In this document: positions 41,701 through 55,411 of the stretch, in pieces | Layout of the letters: each line of letters opens with the position of its first letter | Numbering within the stretch: the stretch's first letter is position 1 | NCBI GenBank assembly: GCA_021432655.1 | Contig: MU271236.1 | Span: 62,001-126,000 of the forward strand | Direction of reading: 5' to 3' | Length of the DNA stretch: 64,000 bases | Origin: Atractiella rhizophila | Lineage: Eukaryota | The notes under the pieces: generated by a model | Databases searched by the model: none | What the model was told of the DNA's origin: nothing | What the model saw: the letters and a program-made list of their open reading frames with translations, nothing else | Made by a program: the position numbers and the translations under genes

Positions 41701-42761
41701 ACTGCTCATGTCATTCCTCGTATGTCTTCTTCTCTTTTTCACTTTACGGAAAGCTGACAAAGAGAGGATAGATGTGTTGGTCCCCTTGTTTTTTTCTGGC
41801 AACGGGTAGGATGGATGACTGACATTTTGTAACAGCTGCACCATCCTCCTTCATGAACCTTTCTGCAGCTTAAAAGACGAAGTATCGATGGCGAGATGTC
41901 TCACATCTGCGCGAGCGATACTGTCAAGCATCTATCTACTTTGGAGCTCGAGTTACGAGATCGCTCTGCTCAGCCCTTTCGTCAACTGGGTATGTCATTG
42001 TCTGCACTTCCTCTTGCAGCACTCATTTAATCGATTATGCCAGTGTTGGGCTGTCGCAGGACGTGAGTAATTTGTCCTTTTGTCAGAATGAGAGCCTGAT
42101 GAGCTTTATTCATCAGGGACATTGGTCAGAGAAATTGCTGTCAAGGAACTTAAGGGAGACGCCGTTGCTGCCGCGAGTACCAGGCAAGAAGTGGAAGTCA
42201 TCCTTGCCGCAATGACGGGATATGGGCAGGTACGTCATTTTGCCCGGGTTTTCTTTGCTTTCTAACTCAAATGTCGCAAAGCGAGCACCACTAGGTTTAA
42301 ATTCAGCCGAAAATCTGAGACGTCTTCTCAACAATCCTTCCTGCGTGCTGGACGAGACGGATGACCTGTGCACACTCGGGGATATCTACCCTAACGGCTC
42401 AAACATCCACCCCATCGACCCAGTCCAACCGACATCCGGCTTCCAACCCATGGAAGTCGACCCCACGAATCCCCTCGACACCCTCCTCCAACAGATGGAG
42501 AACTCGCGATCAAACTCGAACACAGATTCTCCCGCCAATTCGTCCAGCAATAATACCGAAAGTTCGCCGGGCCAGCAGCCTGGTGCGACTCCGCAGAGCA
42601 TCGAGTTCTCGTCCTTCCTTCTCGGCTTTGAGAGCCCTGCTCCTTCTGGAAGCGCGATTGGCGGCCCGTTTTCGAGCCAGGCGGATCAAATGAAGACTCT
42701 GTTGGAGTTCATGGAGAAGAATGGACTAGGGGGAACCTTCAACTCGTCTGCTGGATTCTGA
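38766..42761 (+). CDS. Zn(II)2Cys6 transcription factor with fungal-specific TF domain; has about 4 apparent frameshifts
   Basis: ACRTCRLRKVKCDALRPHCTPCVKS...CSYD cluster, KVLEDKI/AELERL coiled coil across a 625-nt intron, LATPLGLN and FWSAFCCDRFAS motifs. Confidence 0.85.
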
Positions 42762-43891
42762 GAGATTTATCTTATTGTGCTATCCGACTCCCTCCACTCT
42801 GTCCTATCCATTCGCTCGCAGTTTCAGGCATTGGCTGCTTTGATGTATTGTAGATTTGATGCTTGTGACGGAATTGTCAAATTATCGCCTATCGATACTA
42901 CAGAGACCTTCAGAACTTGAAAAGAGTTGTGCTCCTTCGCGTATCCGATCTCGCCAGCTTCTGTAATACATGTTCTTCCTCCGATCGTCCCGACACGATG
43001 GATGTTGGTATCGAGGTGAGCTGATGTGAGCCACTACTACTCCCCTGCCGAAGTGGTCGGCAACCCTCTTGCGAGAGAGCGAGCATTGTGAGCACGGATC
43101 GGGTACCCGCTCCACCCTCTGAACTCGGAGCAGCTGACATTGCATTACTGCATCACTTACCAGTGTATTATCTGACAATTTTCTGATCATCCCTTCCGTT
43201 CATTAAGAACTCCGTTGGGGAGAGAGCAATGTCGGGCCCCGTTCCTGATTTTCAAGGATTTCCCGACGGGTGACTCCACTGCAGATGTACCTGTAGGCTT
43301 TCTGCATGGAATTCTTCGCAAGTGTCGGAACATCAAAAAGCTGTAGCGAGATCCCATTGTGACCCAAGGAATTCAAGAAAGCCCAGCCTGCGTCGGTTCA
43401 AGAGTTCAACTCGTATTCCTTGTTCAATCTCACGTGCTTGTACATCTCCGAACGCTGCCACAAGCGGCATCAGCGCACCGTACTGTGCTAGAAGCTTCTT
43501 TACTTGTAGTACCAAATCTACTCCAACAATACTTGACGGGACTGTGCTACGGTGTAACGGGCCAGATTCCAACCCGAATAGTCGTGCTTCTCTGCTCAGA
43601 CAGGATAAAGATAAAGAGCAGGGGGCTGAGAAGCGAGGGCACTCATATTCAACACCTCTTAGCCAATCGCGCCCTCGATTCCGTAATACGCCGCTTCTGA
43701 AGCTCAACTCCTCCATTCGCCTGTTTCTTGTTGACAAGCTGATATATAGGTGGGTGAGTTTCTCCTCATTTCTCAAAACCTTCAACGACATTTCTGAAGA
43801 TTTTCACTCAGGATTCCCTTCCCCGCTAAATACAGAACTTCACCTCCATCATCATCGTCGCAGTTGGTCCCCAAACTCAAACGGAATAGAC

Positions 43892-44951
43892 ATGTCTCTT
43901 CGCCCTCCTCTCAAAAGAAATCAAGGTTCGTTCCCTGCTCATTCTCAAACGCTAGGAACTGATGGAATGGTCAACAGCTTGCTCAAAGGTGCGGAGTTTC
44001 TGCCCGACAGCCGAGCTAAAGTCCTCACGGCTGGGTTGTGGGTTCCAGTGCAAAGAGCGAAAAATCAAGTGCGATGGTATGCGTTTCTCCTCTCCCCTGT
44101 ACAATCCCGAGTCTGTGTCTCACTCGATTCGATTCTCTGTAGCGACCGTTCCCGCGTGCCTAGCATGTCAACGTTCGGCACACAACCGTGGAGAAGATCC
44201 AACTCTCGTTGTCTGCCACTACCCGGATCAAACAGCGATAGAGGCCGAATACGCGTCACGGTGAGCTCCCTCTCCCTTCAAAGCACTTTAACGGAATCTG
44301 AAGTCCCACTTAGAAAAGGGAGGAAACTCAAGCCGCGGCTTTATGGGGCTGGTGAGAGTCGTGACGGCTCAGTAGAGCTCAATAACGACCGCCTCGCGAT
44401 GCTGGAAGCTCGTTTATGTGCGCGGAGTTCCATGCTCAAAAGCATGAACATTGATTTCGAGGCCAGGTCGTCTTGAAAAGCTCAACACGGACCTCATGGC
44501 TGCTCTCGGTAGAAGCGCAAGCTCGTCGACCACATCAACGACCAATTCTTCACCAGAACACTTCCCCACATCCCTCACAAGCTTTCCCTTCCCACTCCAT
44601 AATCCAGCAAGCTTCCCCTCTACGAGCAACAGCAACAGCAGACAAGGAAGTGCGGATCCAATCGATTATTCGAGTCTGCTCAAGTTCGAAGAGGAACATT
44701 GCAACTTCAACGCAAACACGACATCAATTCAGAACAACCTCGAACCTATCTTCGCCTCCAATCCAAACCTCGAGCCCCTTTTGGCTGCCCATCCGAGCCT
44801 CGAACCCATATTAGCATCGAATCCCAACGTGATTCAATCGAATTGGACTGAAATGCTCAATATGGAACCGATAGTCAGTGCTGAGCCAACAAAGATTGGA
44901 TCAGATGAGCAGGGTCTGTTGGATCTCCTTTTATCGATCCAAAATCAATAG
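43892..44951 (+). CDS. Short Zn(II)2Cys6 transcription factor lacking the middle homology domain
   Basis: Spliced MSLRPPLKRNQ/ACSK/CKERKIKCD/ATVPACLACQRS...CHYP, then RLAMLEARL coiled coil; 11-nt micro-exon at 43978-43988. Confidence 0.8.
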
Positions 44952-47900
44952 CTTCTTTCTCTCCACATCATGACTATGTACCATATCTAATATGCTACTC
45001 GTGTACAACTTGAATCAAATAACGACGTACCCAAGGGTATTCAAAACATATTCAAGCATGAATGATTGCACAAGCACAGAGCACAGGATGAAGACAGAGT
45101 AGGCTAAAGGACTTCAGTTCAATAAATAAAAATCCAGAAATATTGGTGATCTCTACTCTTTTATAATCCACGGTCTTCGTCGAATTCTCCGTCAAGGTTT
45201 AGTAACGTGGGAGACTTCCTCGCAAGGGTAAACCATCGAGACCGATCCCCTTCCATCCCCTTGCAGCAGACACCAAACGCAACGCAGTATGTCATTGGCT
45301 GCGATTACCAGATTAATTGTCATTTAAATTCGAAGTGACCATTCATCAGGAGTCAGGATAGATCACCAGCATTCAAATTTCAAACCTTTCCTTTGATGCA
45401 TGTGATGTGATGTGTACAATTGGCGTAATTTGGGCTTCGTGATAGGTGATAGCAATTTTAATGGTGTTCCCAGGTGTCAGCGATTATCGCCAACACTGCA
45501 ATCATCTGATGCAAGTTTTGCCAACTGCACAAACGGAGCAGAGGCGGGGAGCTAGCTCAAATTACACAGAGTTAATATGAACAATAGAGTCATCTCACAT
45601 AGAATCACGACCTCGAAGGTCACGACGTCGCTAGTCGAGGCAAAAGCATGACCAGAGGTTCGAGAGGACAAAAAGGTGCTAAGCAACACTTTAAATTGTA
45701 AGGAAAATCAAGAGTGTTGCATTTTTGGCTTGTACAATTATCGCAACATCGGCGATGTGAAAATGTGTGAAAACTATAAATGTCGGTGTAACGCTGTAAC
45801 ATTTCGTTCTTTCAGCGAGAGAGAGTAACATTGTGGAATACATAATAGCAGACATCGCAATTGTATACTCAAAGTTTGCATTGAAATAATGGCCCAGAGA
45901 GCATGAGTTGCACAAATGTTGAAACAACTTCAAGCTCAGTTTTGGAGTAACTTAGCTCTGGAGATGAGAAAGCACATGAGTTAACGAACTCACTGATTTC
46001 GAACCCCTCGATATTTTCAATTCCCAAGCACTCAAGATTAGAGTCTATATGTTGTTTGAACTTGTTCTATCCAGTCACCACTAACTAACAGTGTTGCGTG
46101 GCTGCGTGGAGTTGACGGAATGGAACACGTGACAGTCCGCCCGCAAACCAAACGCGTTTCCAGCTGCGCGTCACAGATTTAAAAATCGTCAGTCCCTCAG
46201 TATACCTCAGTAGCTTCAGTCCTGTTTCAACTTACTTGCATACTTATTGGCAGCTCATTCCTCCCACACACCCACATGATCGCAAAATCACTGAACCTCA
46301 GAACCCGGTTGCAGTATGAACACATTTAACACCTTCAAGGTCTCGAGGTTATACAGTTATTACATATAACAGCCTCGAGTTGGAGTTTCTACAAAAGAAT
46401 CCGGTACACGAAGTGACTGCGGATATTAACAAGCGATTTGGGATGTGGAACATGTAAGCAAGGAGTTGTGGATAGGCAAGGGAAGACTTGAGCGGGATCC
46501 TTAGTTTCTTGTTCTAAAGAGAGTAAGTCTGATCCTTTTTTCGATCGGCGGGCTTTGGGGATCTAGAGAGTTCGAAAGCCGAAGGCTGAACATTTGCTAT
46601 CCCTGACAAGGCTTCTGACATGGTCAGCCTCATGCATGCTCCTTTGTCAAGGCATGCCCGTCTTGTGAGGGCAGACTATACCAACGCTTACTAATTACAC
46701 CACCTGTTGATTGAGAAGGATTTGCCTTCATCGATTACATGTTTTATCGCCCTGAACACCCGCGTTCCCCGGTGAGACCTCTGTAGGAGTTGAACGTGGG
46801 GTATTTGCAACAGTGTGATGAGAAATCCTCCAATCTGATGGGAGAACTTGCGGTGTCATGTGATGTCCCTCAAGATGTCGATGATAAATGAGCTATGCTT
46901 GAGTAGTCATGATGCGACGTTTCTCAAATCTTATGGAATTCCTATGGAATTTCACCGGAACTTATGCGCGGGATCACTCTATCGTTTGTAGCAGGTTTTG
47001 AAGTGAAGTGAACCACGGTAGGAGCCATGATACTGTAAAATCGAATTTGACTTCTGTGACGGCGAAGGTTAAACGTAATTCATTCATGATTAGGCTTCGA
47101 ACCCTGTCCGAGGTTTGCGAGCTTTTGTATTGCGTCCTCTAAGTTGTTTGAAGTTTGAAGCATGCTATTGAGTACGATAGTGATAGGCATTATCTTCAGC
47201 TAGCCCTTTGTACGTTTCATGCTTACCTCCACTTAAAAGACTTTTGTGTTTTCTGCTACTCTCCTACTCCTATCAACCCCTGTCCATTAAGAACGCTGGT
47301 GAGGAGAGCAGTGGATTATACGGCTTGAAACCTCCCAAATACCACTGATTGATTCGTCAAGGCAGAGAGGTATCAGATGTCAACTGTCCGTCCCGGGCGG
47401 TTATCGCATGAGCCAAGACTCTTCAGCTGAGCAAACTTTGCATTTGTCTCAACTTTGCATTACACTTCCGCAAGTGGAGAGCGTTGCAGGAGCACGCAAA
47501 AGTTCGATTGGAAGACTTTCCGTGTGGATGAGGCGAGAAACGCATTCAGACGAGCAACATGAATTCTCTTGTCTCTATCACGATAGCACACTGAAAGATA
47601 TCGGTTCCCCTCGACTATTGTGAGGTAGAAGGCGGTACCGGCTCCAACGAAATCTACCGGGGTTCACGCTACACGGGCAAGTCGTACAATTGATGGTGCT
47701 GGCTTGGCGAGGATAGGTGAATGAAAGATGAACTGCAAACGCGTGGATGAGAAGAGCTAGGACGATAGGTGATAGCGAAGAAGGAATGTCCATTCAGCTC
47801 ACAGGGTTTCTCAAACTTCTCTTGCGATCCCACCTCACGATGCACAGGATGATCCACCTCCACGATACACGAGGTTCGTCTCGACAGTCATCCGTTCTGA

Positions 47901-48060
47901 GGTGTTCGTCAGTCCCGGATCTCCTCGACTTGCTGAACTGGTCAGGAGTGCTGAGGTCGCAATCGAATTTCGCGATCCAGAATGCGAGACTCAGTCAAGC
48001 TATAAAAGCCACTCCTTGTCTGCTGTAAACGCAACGCGCTTCTCTCGGATATCTGCAAGC

Positions 48061-49585
48061 ATGATCTCGAAGTTCTTGCCTCTCCTCTTAGCTGCCAGCG
48101 CTCTCGCTGCCCCTAGCCCCTTTGATGGTCAAATCTTCGCTTCGTGAGTGTTGTGCTTCGTTTAACGAAACTTGCGCTGATCTCTGTGTCTAGACCTTGT
48201 GGCAGCGACCTTACACCCTCTGAGGTAGCTTCTGCGGAAGCTAGCCTGCAGAGCGCTTTGGATGCTAAAGGATTGACCCTTGACGACTACTCTTCCGTTG
48301 CGAAAGTCAGGACCGCTCCTGGAGCTCGCGTTGCTGCTCCTGTCAAAGTTTGTGCGTATATTTCGATGTTTTGGTGGAAATGATGTATGGACTCATGTTT
48401 CGGCAGACTTCCACAACATCTACTCCACCAACAGCTCCAGCGGCGGATACCTCACTGATGCTCAGATTTCCAGCACCATGTCAGTCTGTTCTCACGTCAT
48501 GGTTTTTATTCTGATTATTTGGTTTAGCTCCACTCTTAACTCTCAGCTCTCTTCCACTGGTGTTACTTTCACCCTCGCTGGAACAACCAGGACTCAGAAC
48601 TCCAACTGGTTCTCCAGTGCTGGACCTAACCTCAACACCGGCGCTGAAAATTCATTGGCTATTGCCATGAAGACCGGCTTGAGGCAGGGTGGCGTTGCTG
48701 ACTTGAACCTGTACACTGTTGCATTTTCAGTACGCACATTCGACCAATCCTGCTTTGCGCATAGGTGACGTTTGCTTCAGGGGTCTTTGAATGGCTTGCT
48801 AGGCTATGCGTAAGATTTCTTTCGGTGGATCGAAAAACACTTCCTAATTGGGAATACAGTACCTTCCCATGGTGGTATGAGGATGAGCCCGAATACGATG
48901 GAGTCGTTTACAGATATGGTATGCATTTACTCTCTTCTTGATGCCAGTCCTGACCGTAGATCGCAGACACGACCCCCGGATCCACTCTGACTGTACGCTA
49001 ATGTTCCCACACCACTTTAGATGCCTTAATATTGCAACCAGAACTACAACCAAGGCAAGACCCTTTCTCATGAAGTTGGTCACTGGCTTGGTCTCTACCA
49101 CGTTTTCCAGGGTGGATGCACCGGTGATGGCGGTACGTTGTCTATCATAGCTGAGACGACGGGGATGTAAACGATTATTCAGATTTCGTATCCGACACTG
49201 CTCCTCAGGCTGGTCCTACCAGTGGTTGCCCGGCCACTGCCCCAGACACTTGCTCTGGAGGCGGAGTTGACAACGTCAGTATTTCTCCGTTCTAAATGAA
49301 TACCCATCACTAACGGAGTAAACAGATTCACAATTGTAAGCATTTTCTGTGCTCGAGAGTATGTCTCATTAATATTGACTATGACCTCCATAGTCATGGA
49401 TTGTGAGTTGAAATCTCTCTTGCATTGCTTCTACTTATTTATCCTTAGACACGATCGACACTTGCAAGAACCAGTGGACCGCTGGACAGATTACTCGTCT
49501 CACGGCTGCGTAAGTCGATAATCTGTCCGCAATTCCGTTACTGACAGCCCAATGCAGGATCGATATCTACAGGGGCATCGTGTGA
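48061..49585 (+). CDS. Secreted M43 metalloprotease, copy 5 (closest to copy 4)
   Basis: [16 protein letters not shown] signal, [23 protein letters not shown]; one extra intron compared with the other copies. Confidence 0.9.
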
Positions 49586-49801
49586 AGGACGGAGAAGCGC
49601 TCGACGAAAAAATGTTTCGGTGTATTGTCACAGAACTGTCGTTGAAACGATCATTGTTTATTCAAGTTGTAGCTTTGGTGCCAACTTTCTGCGAACCCAA
49701 GTACCCAGAGATCTAGTAAGCATACAAAGGCATGAATGGTGAACGATGAGCGTAATATTACAAGTGATAACTCAAAGATAACATCATCACAGCAGGGAGA
49801 A

Positions 49802-52365
49802 TCACATAATAGTGCAACCGGTTTCCTCCTTTTGAGATTGGCTGCTACTCGCTTTCTCCTTCGGAGCGAGGCGCTTCAAAGGAACAACCTTTCTGCGACT
49901 TGCCAACCTGCCACCATTTGCCATGATATTCACAGCTGTCCTCGCCAACTGAGCTCGAGGAGGCATGGGCGTGCTTTTCGCCTTCATCATACACCGAACG
50001 CTCCAAGGAAGATTCGATGAAGAACCGACTGGAGGGCGAACATGTCGCCCTTGTTCCTCAGAAGGGAGCTGAAATTGTTCCTTCTCTTGAGGTGTCAGAC
50101 GGTGCTTCGCTTCTGCCTCCAGTGCTTTCTCTGCGATCAAACGACCAATCGATCCATGCCTCTCTTCCATTGCCTGTGCGCTACGTTTAATACGATCGCT
50201 CCACGAGACACTTTCACGGAATCCGTTCTCGATCTGGGATTGTGTTGCTCCTGAGTGTGGAGAGATCTTCTGCTCGCTTGCTCCTTTAAAAAACGAGGCA
50301 AACCAAGGTGAGGTTTCATCAGGAGGTGCACTGCGTGTGGTCGTTGCATCAAGTTTGACTGATGGTTCTTCCACTCGTTCTTCAGGTTTACCTTCTTCCT
50401 TTGGAATAGTGGTTTGCAGTCGTTCCTTCGCTTCCTTCTCCTCGAGCTCTCGGATTTGTGCATGCAAGCTTTGGAGCGCTTCGTTTCTCAATTGATTTCC
50501 ATACGCCATCGAACGCTCCGCCGTCGTGGTAGCGTTGCTTTCATCAAAGTGAGGGAAACTCGCTTCTTTTTTTGGGAGAGGAGCAGCATCACCGAAAAGG
50601 TAGTCGTTAATGGGTGAGGGATTGTCTGGTGAGGAAGAATCGGGGAGACGCTTCCGTGGTTTCTGCTCACTTTCTCCTATTGACGGTTCGCCCGATGAAG
50701 CAGCGACATGCTCCTCAGGGTTAGAGGATGGGCCAGAATGCTGATGCCTGTGTCCACACCCCGTTTTGTGTTCCTCCTCTTCTCGCAGCAGCCTTTCTTC
50801 TTCACTCTCACGCAGCTCGTCTCCTTCAGCTCTTCGTTGACTGAGCTTCACAAGTTCCTCCAACCTTAACCCGCGCTGCAGTAATCCACTATTCTCCAAG
50901 TCCTTCGTACTCATTTCTTTTAGCGTACCAGGGTCAAGACCATGTTTCGAGAGCAGTTTAGAGACTCGGGTATGTGAGGAGAGAGCGAGGGTGGTTGTTC
51001 TCAGGAAGGGAAGGAAGGCTTCTGGCGGTGTCACCACCGCTGGAGGTCGCGAAGCGGAGGACGAAGCAATGGGTGGGTTATCCGGTTGATCCTGCCCCAG
51101 TTATCGTACGCGAACGTTTTCAGCGCAAGAGAGCAGAAACTTACATAGAAGGAATCCAAGAAACTACTCTTCCTCACTCCTTCTTGCACCATCTTCGACT
51201 CTGATACCTCACCGCCCGTTTGTGAGGAAGAGACAAGCGGCAATGTATCCTTGCCATCGATTAGGAGCCACTCCTCCTCTCCAACCTGGGCACGAACGGT
51301 CTTCCTTTCTTCCTCACTCCAATCTTCGATCTGTGTCGACAGCTGCAGTGAGGCCAAAACCTGCGCGACACGTGGATAAGAATCGAGCGCAAGTTCTGTG
51401 CTTGACAGGAGGGAAAGGTACTGGCGGGGATCTCGAGGGAGTGAAGTCGAAGCTGGGATGGATCTGGATCCCGCAAGGAGACTCGAGGTAGCAATATCCG
51501 GATCGAATGTAGAGATATTGTCCATTGCAACATTCTTTTCCATCTTTGGAGATGATTCTTGCGCTGGGATATTAGTGGTTGTCGCGAAATCAGGATCCGG
51601 AGCTGCTTCTCTGGTTAAGAATGGTGATGTCGGGATAGATGTTGTTGTAGCAAAGTCGGGGTCAAGGGTGGGAATGGATGAGTTCGATGCAGCTGGCATT
51701 GCGCCAGCAGTGATATCAGGCACAAACTCGCCCCTTCTCACTCTCTCCAACAATTTCACCTTCTCCTCCTCCCCCAGCACCCTACGTGATCTCACATTCA
51801 ACTCCATAACCTCCTCACCCAATTTTTCCCTTGCCGGTTCCTCAAAAAAGTCATGCAAAAAAGTGCTTCTCCTCTCCTTGGAGCCATCCGTCGTCGTACT
51901 AATGGTTTGCAGACGCTCAGATGGAGTAGGCGTCGCGGATAAAGGGGAAGAAGCTCTTCTGCGGTCCTCCAACACTCTCTCCATACTCCTGATCTCCTCC
52001 CAAACCGCTTCCAACTCCTGGGACTCCGTACTCCCTTCCTTTACCTCTCCCAGTCTCTTCACTTCATCAATGTACGACCTTATCCTGTCGGGGTGGCCGC
52101 GTGTAAATAGTGGTGACGCGAGGATGTCCCGAAGGGTATGACCACTGATTACAGTCTCGAGATGCGGGTTAACAGAGGACGAGGATTTTGATTGTGGCGT
52201 GTTATCACTTCGGGGAACGACGGATGAATTTGAACTTGAGGTTGCTGAGGACGCCTCGATATTGTCTCTGGATGGATTGGGTCTAGCTGAATCTGTTGCT
52301 CTCGATGGAGACTGGGGAAGGAATTCGATGTCAATAAACCATCGTTTTTCGTGGTTCTGCTGCAA
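49802..52365 (-). CDS. Hypothetical low-complexity protein (about 830+ aa) with internal repeats
   Basis: Two long ORFs join in frame through an intron at about 51093-51144 (GTAAGT...GGCAG). Repeats include DPDFATT x3 and P..(Y/F)L..L..T.LAL.S..RV..L x2. Start not resolved. Confidence 0.6.
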
Positions 52366-52744
52366 AGGCGCTTTGACTGGGTCTACTTTCGCCTCCTCCT
52401 TTCTACCTCGAGTGAAGTATGAAAGTCCAGAATCAAGGCTGTGCCTTTGTTCCTAACGATAAGAGTGTCAGGTACCAGAGGTCAACATGCCGCCAACTCA
52501 TAACCAGCCAATGATCAGTAAAATAAAGCGGGAAAGCGAACAAATAGTTGAGTGTATCACACTTTTGTGTCAGCCTTTGTGGTAAGTCTAAAGCGACATC
52601 CTGTTAACTATATTTGACGTAAGAGATCGTTTGATCCCTACGGTGCAAGGCAGCTGGGCAAATATTCGCCACGACGTATCCGTTGGTGAAGATGAAGACA
52701 CAAACACGAAGTATGTGTTTAATTGCAATCGGTGTGCTCGTCGT

Positions 52745-55411
52745 TTAAGCATACAGCAATAACTTGGCCGAAAAATTTGTACACCCACCTCGGGGCTTTC
52801 CTGGCTCCCCAGACATGGAGACAGATGACTGCTGAGCGGACAAGAATCGCCACACAAACGGTTGCACCTTCCTTCCTTGTTGTATATACAAACCACAAAT
52901 GCTCACCTCTGCATCTTCCACCTTCGTAAATTGCTCTTCCAGTTGCAGTTTACTGTCCTTGAATCCTTGGGTCATTCTTTTCAATCCATCCAGCTGCTCC
53001 TTGTCAGAACCCTTCCCATCATTCCCCTGCTCAAGCCAGCCGAAATACCCCTCCGGATCCAGAGAACGACTGCGACGTCGAGAACCGAACATGATGCCCT
53101 GAAGCTCTGGAACGGTGAAAGAGACGAGTTAGAAAGGATTGGTGTTGAACTGTCAGCAAGCAATAATGGCCGAACTTTGCCTTTTGCGGGACCAAAATGT
53201 GATTGTGCTGGTATACATATCGGTCAGAGCAAGCAGAATAACATTAACAGAAAATCAAAAATGCTAAGCGTTACAACATTCAATGGGAATCAAAGATGAC
53301 CGATTATCAAAGGAAGTCCGTCGTAAGGGAATCTAGCGTTTCCACAAAGGCTTCCGGTTCAGAATCAAGATAACTCATCAGCTCAATTGACATAACGGAA
53401 TAAAATTGATCATAATATGCAGCAAGCTTAAAGCCTTCCGCAATCCTGCGTTCCAATGGAGTCAAAACGACATCCTTGCCAGAATTGTTCGAACGTACCA
53501 AAAAACCACCTCTTTCCTATTCACGCCTCTTGTTCCAGCTTCACTTGCGTACCTTTTCATGAAATCTGTGTGTCTAAGGACATGCATTATGGTATGACAG
53601 AGTCCTTTGTGATCCCTTGCTGCTTGGGAACCAGCAATAATATTGCCCGCCTGTCGTCAGATTCCATCACTTGATTTCTTTTGAAAGTCGAGATAAAAGA
53701 GACGGACGATAACATTCTTTTTCAATTGTTCGGCAATATACTCTATCGTACGCTCTACCACATTCTCGTACAACTCAACCACGCTTCGCAGTTCAGAGTC
53801 AATGGCGATGGGTTCATTGAGCCTCTTCAGGTAGTAGCTGAGTGCGGCGTAACTGTACTCTCCTTCGTTAGCTCCGTGTACAACATACCAGAGAGCGAGT
53901 TACTTGGTGAAAACAAAGGTCGGGAACTCCGTGCGCTCATTAAATATCCATATTGAACCTAAGTCCCATTTAAACTTAGCTCCTCAACCACAGGGAAGGG
54001 AGCATACGTTTCAGCGCTCCTAAACAATTGTCTTTGAACTCCAAGCCTGATCCCATACTAGCGCCACCGTTCAACTCCCTTTCCGCCCTTCCGTGAATAG
54101 GGAAACGAACAGTTGCTCAACCCACTTCCGCCTCCACATGACCCAAGCCATGGCCGTCTTGAAGTACCCAGCAGCAGCGTTTATGTCCGTGCAATTGTAC
54201 GCTCTGAATCTAAGGGCATGCAGGGACCGGATGAACGCTGCAGCTCCTATCACCACCATTTCCTCCCATAAAGGCGAGGAAAAATCAGGGTCAGGATGTG
54301 AAAAGTTCGGTAGACTGGGAGGCGCTGGTGTTGGTGTGGTCGGAACGATGTAAGTGACTAATTGGGTAGGCAGAGAAGGATGGAGATAGGACATGAGTTC
54401 AATGGTTTCTTGATCCGACCTGTGGAAACTTTTAGCACAGCTCATAGTCAAAAAAAGAGGAATTAAACATTTTGGATGGTTGTCTCCAATAAGCACTGAG
54501 AAAACAGTCTTCGATAATAGTTGAAAAGGTGATGTGTCGCAATAGCCTCGCTTTCTTCGATTCCCACCCACCCAGTTCTTCGATCGTGTTTTGTCTGCGT
54601 AAAGCCTCCACTTTCCGAACGACGGAGCGATTAATTTCTGACGCTTCTTTAACTTTTCCTAATCCTACATCATCCGCGAATTTTGGGTAATCTTACTTAG
54701 AAATGAGAAAAGGGACGAACGGTGTAAGGTGATCTCGAAGTCAAGCGCCATTGCCACGCTTTCAAGGTCAGGTTCAGAATTCAGAATTCCGGAGTCGTGG
54801 AAGACCCTACTCACCCATATCAGCCAGCTATTGAATGGTGGTAAGCTGAACACATACCGAATGGCCCGTTCAGCTAGCGTGTTCACCGCCGATCGTCTGG
54901 ATATGGAATATATTACCATGTCACCGATAAGTGTAGTCTTTTTCGGTGTTTTCATAGACACAATGGCTGGATGTCTGAACCGAACCAAGGCCATTTGTTA
55001 GTCTCTTACGAAATTAACGGAGGACAACCTACCCAGAAGTACTGGCGCCGCTAAGCAGAAGAGTTGACACCAGCAACTGTGCATTTATCAGCCTCATTTA
55101 CATCAATGGAGGCGAAGAACTGAAAGGGAACCGACCTCTCCATACTTGCCCATAGATGTCGGCTCTCTCCCTCTCCACTGAAACTCCCTAACCGTCTCCC
55201 AGTCAAATAGGTCATTGACCAGTCTGAAAGGATTGGACGCCAATGCTTCTTCGATCAAATGTAACCCCAAAGAGCCTTCTATTGATTTGGTAGAAAGACG
55301 TTCTTCGGTGGACGTGACAGCCGGCGCGCTGGGCCCTTGTTAAGTCCCATGCATTAGAAGGAGGTGGAGCTCACATGTATGCAGGTGGGGCGGAAGGTGC
55401 GCCGCGCTCAT
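52745..55411 (-). other. Multi-exon hypothetical gene(s) or decaying pseudogene
   Basis: ATG at 55411 followed by a GTGAGC donor and several protein-like minus-strand ORF pieces with splice signals; no recognisable family. Confidence 0.35.

Noticed and set aside
42882..43791. Minus-strand ORF fragments between the two Zn2Cys6 genes
   Set aside because: Could be a relic, but no motif or coherent splice model was found.
43322..44476. 384-aa plus-strand ORF as a single protein
   Set aside because: Non-ATG start, reads through introns of the Zn2Cys6 gene and leaves its frame, and has no recognisable domain.
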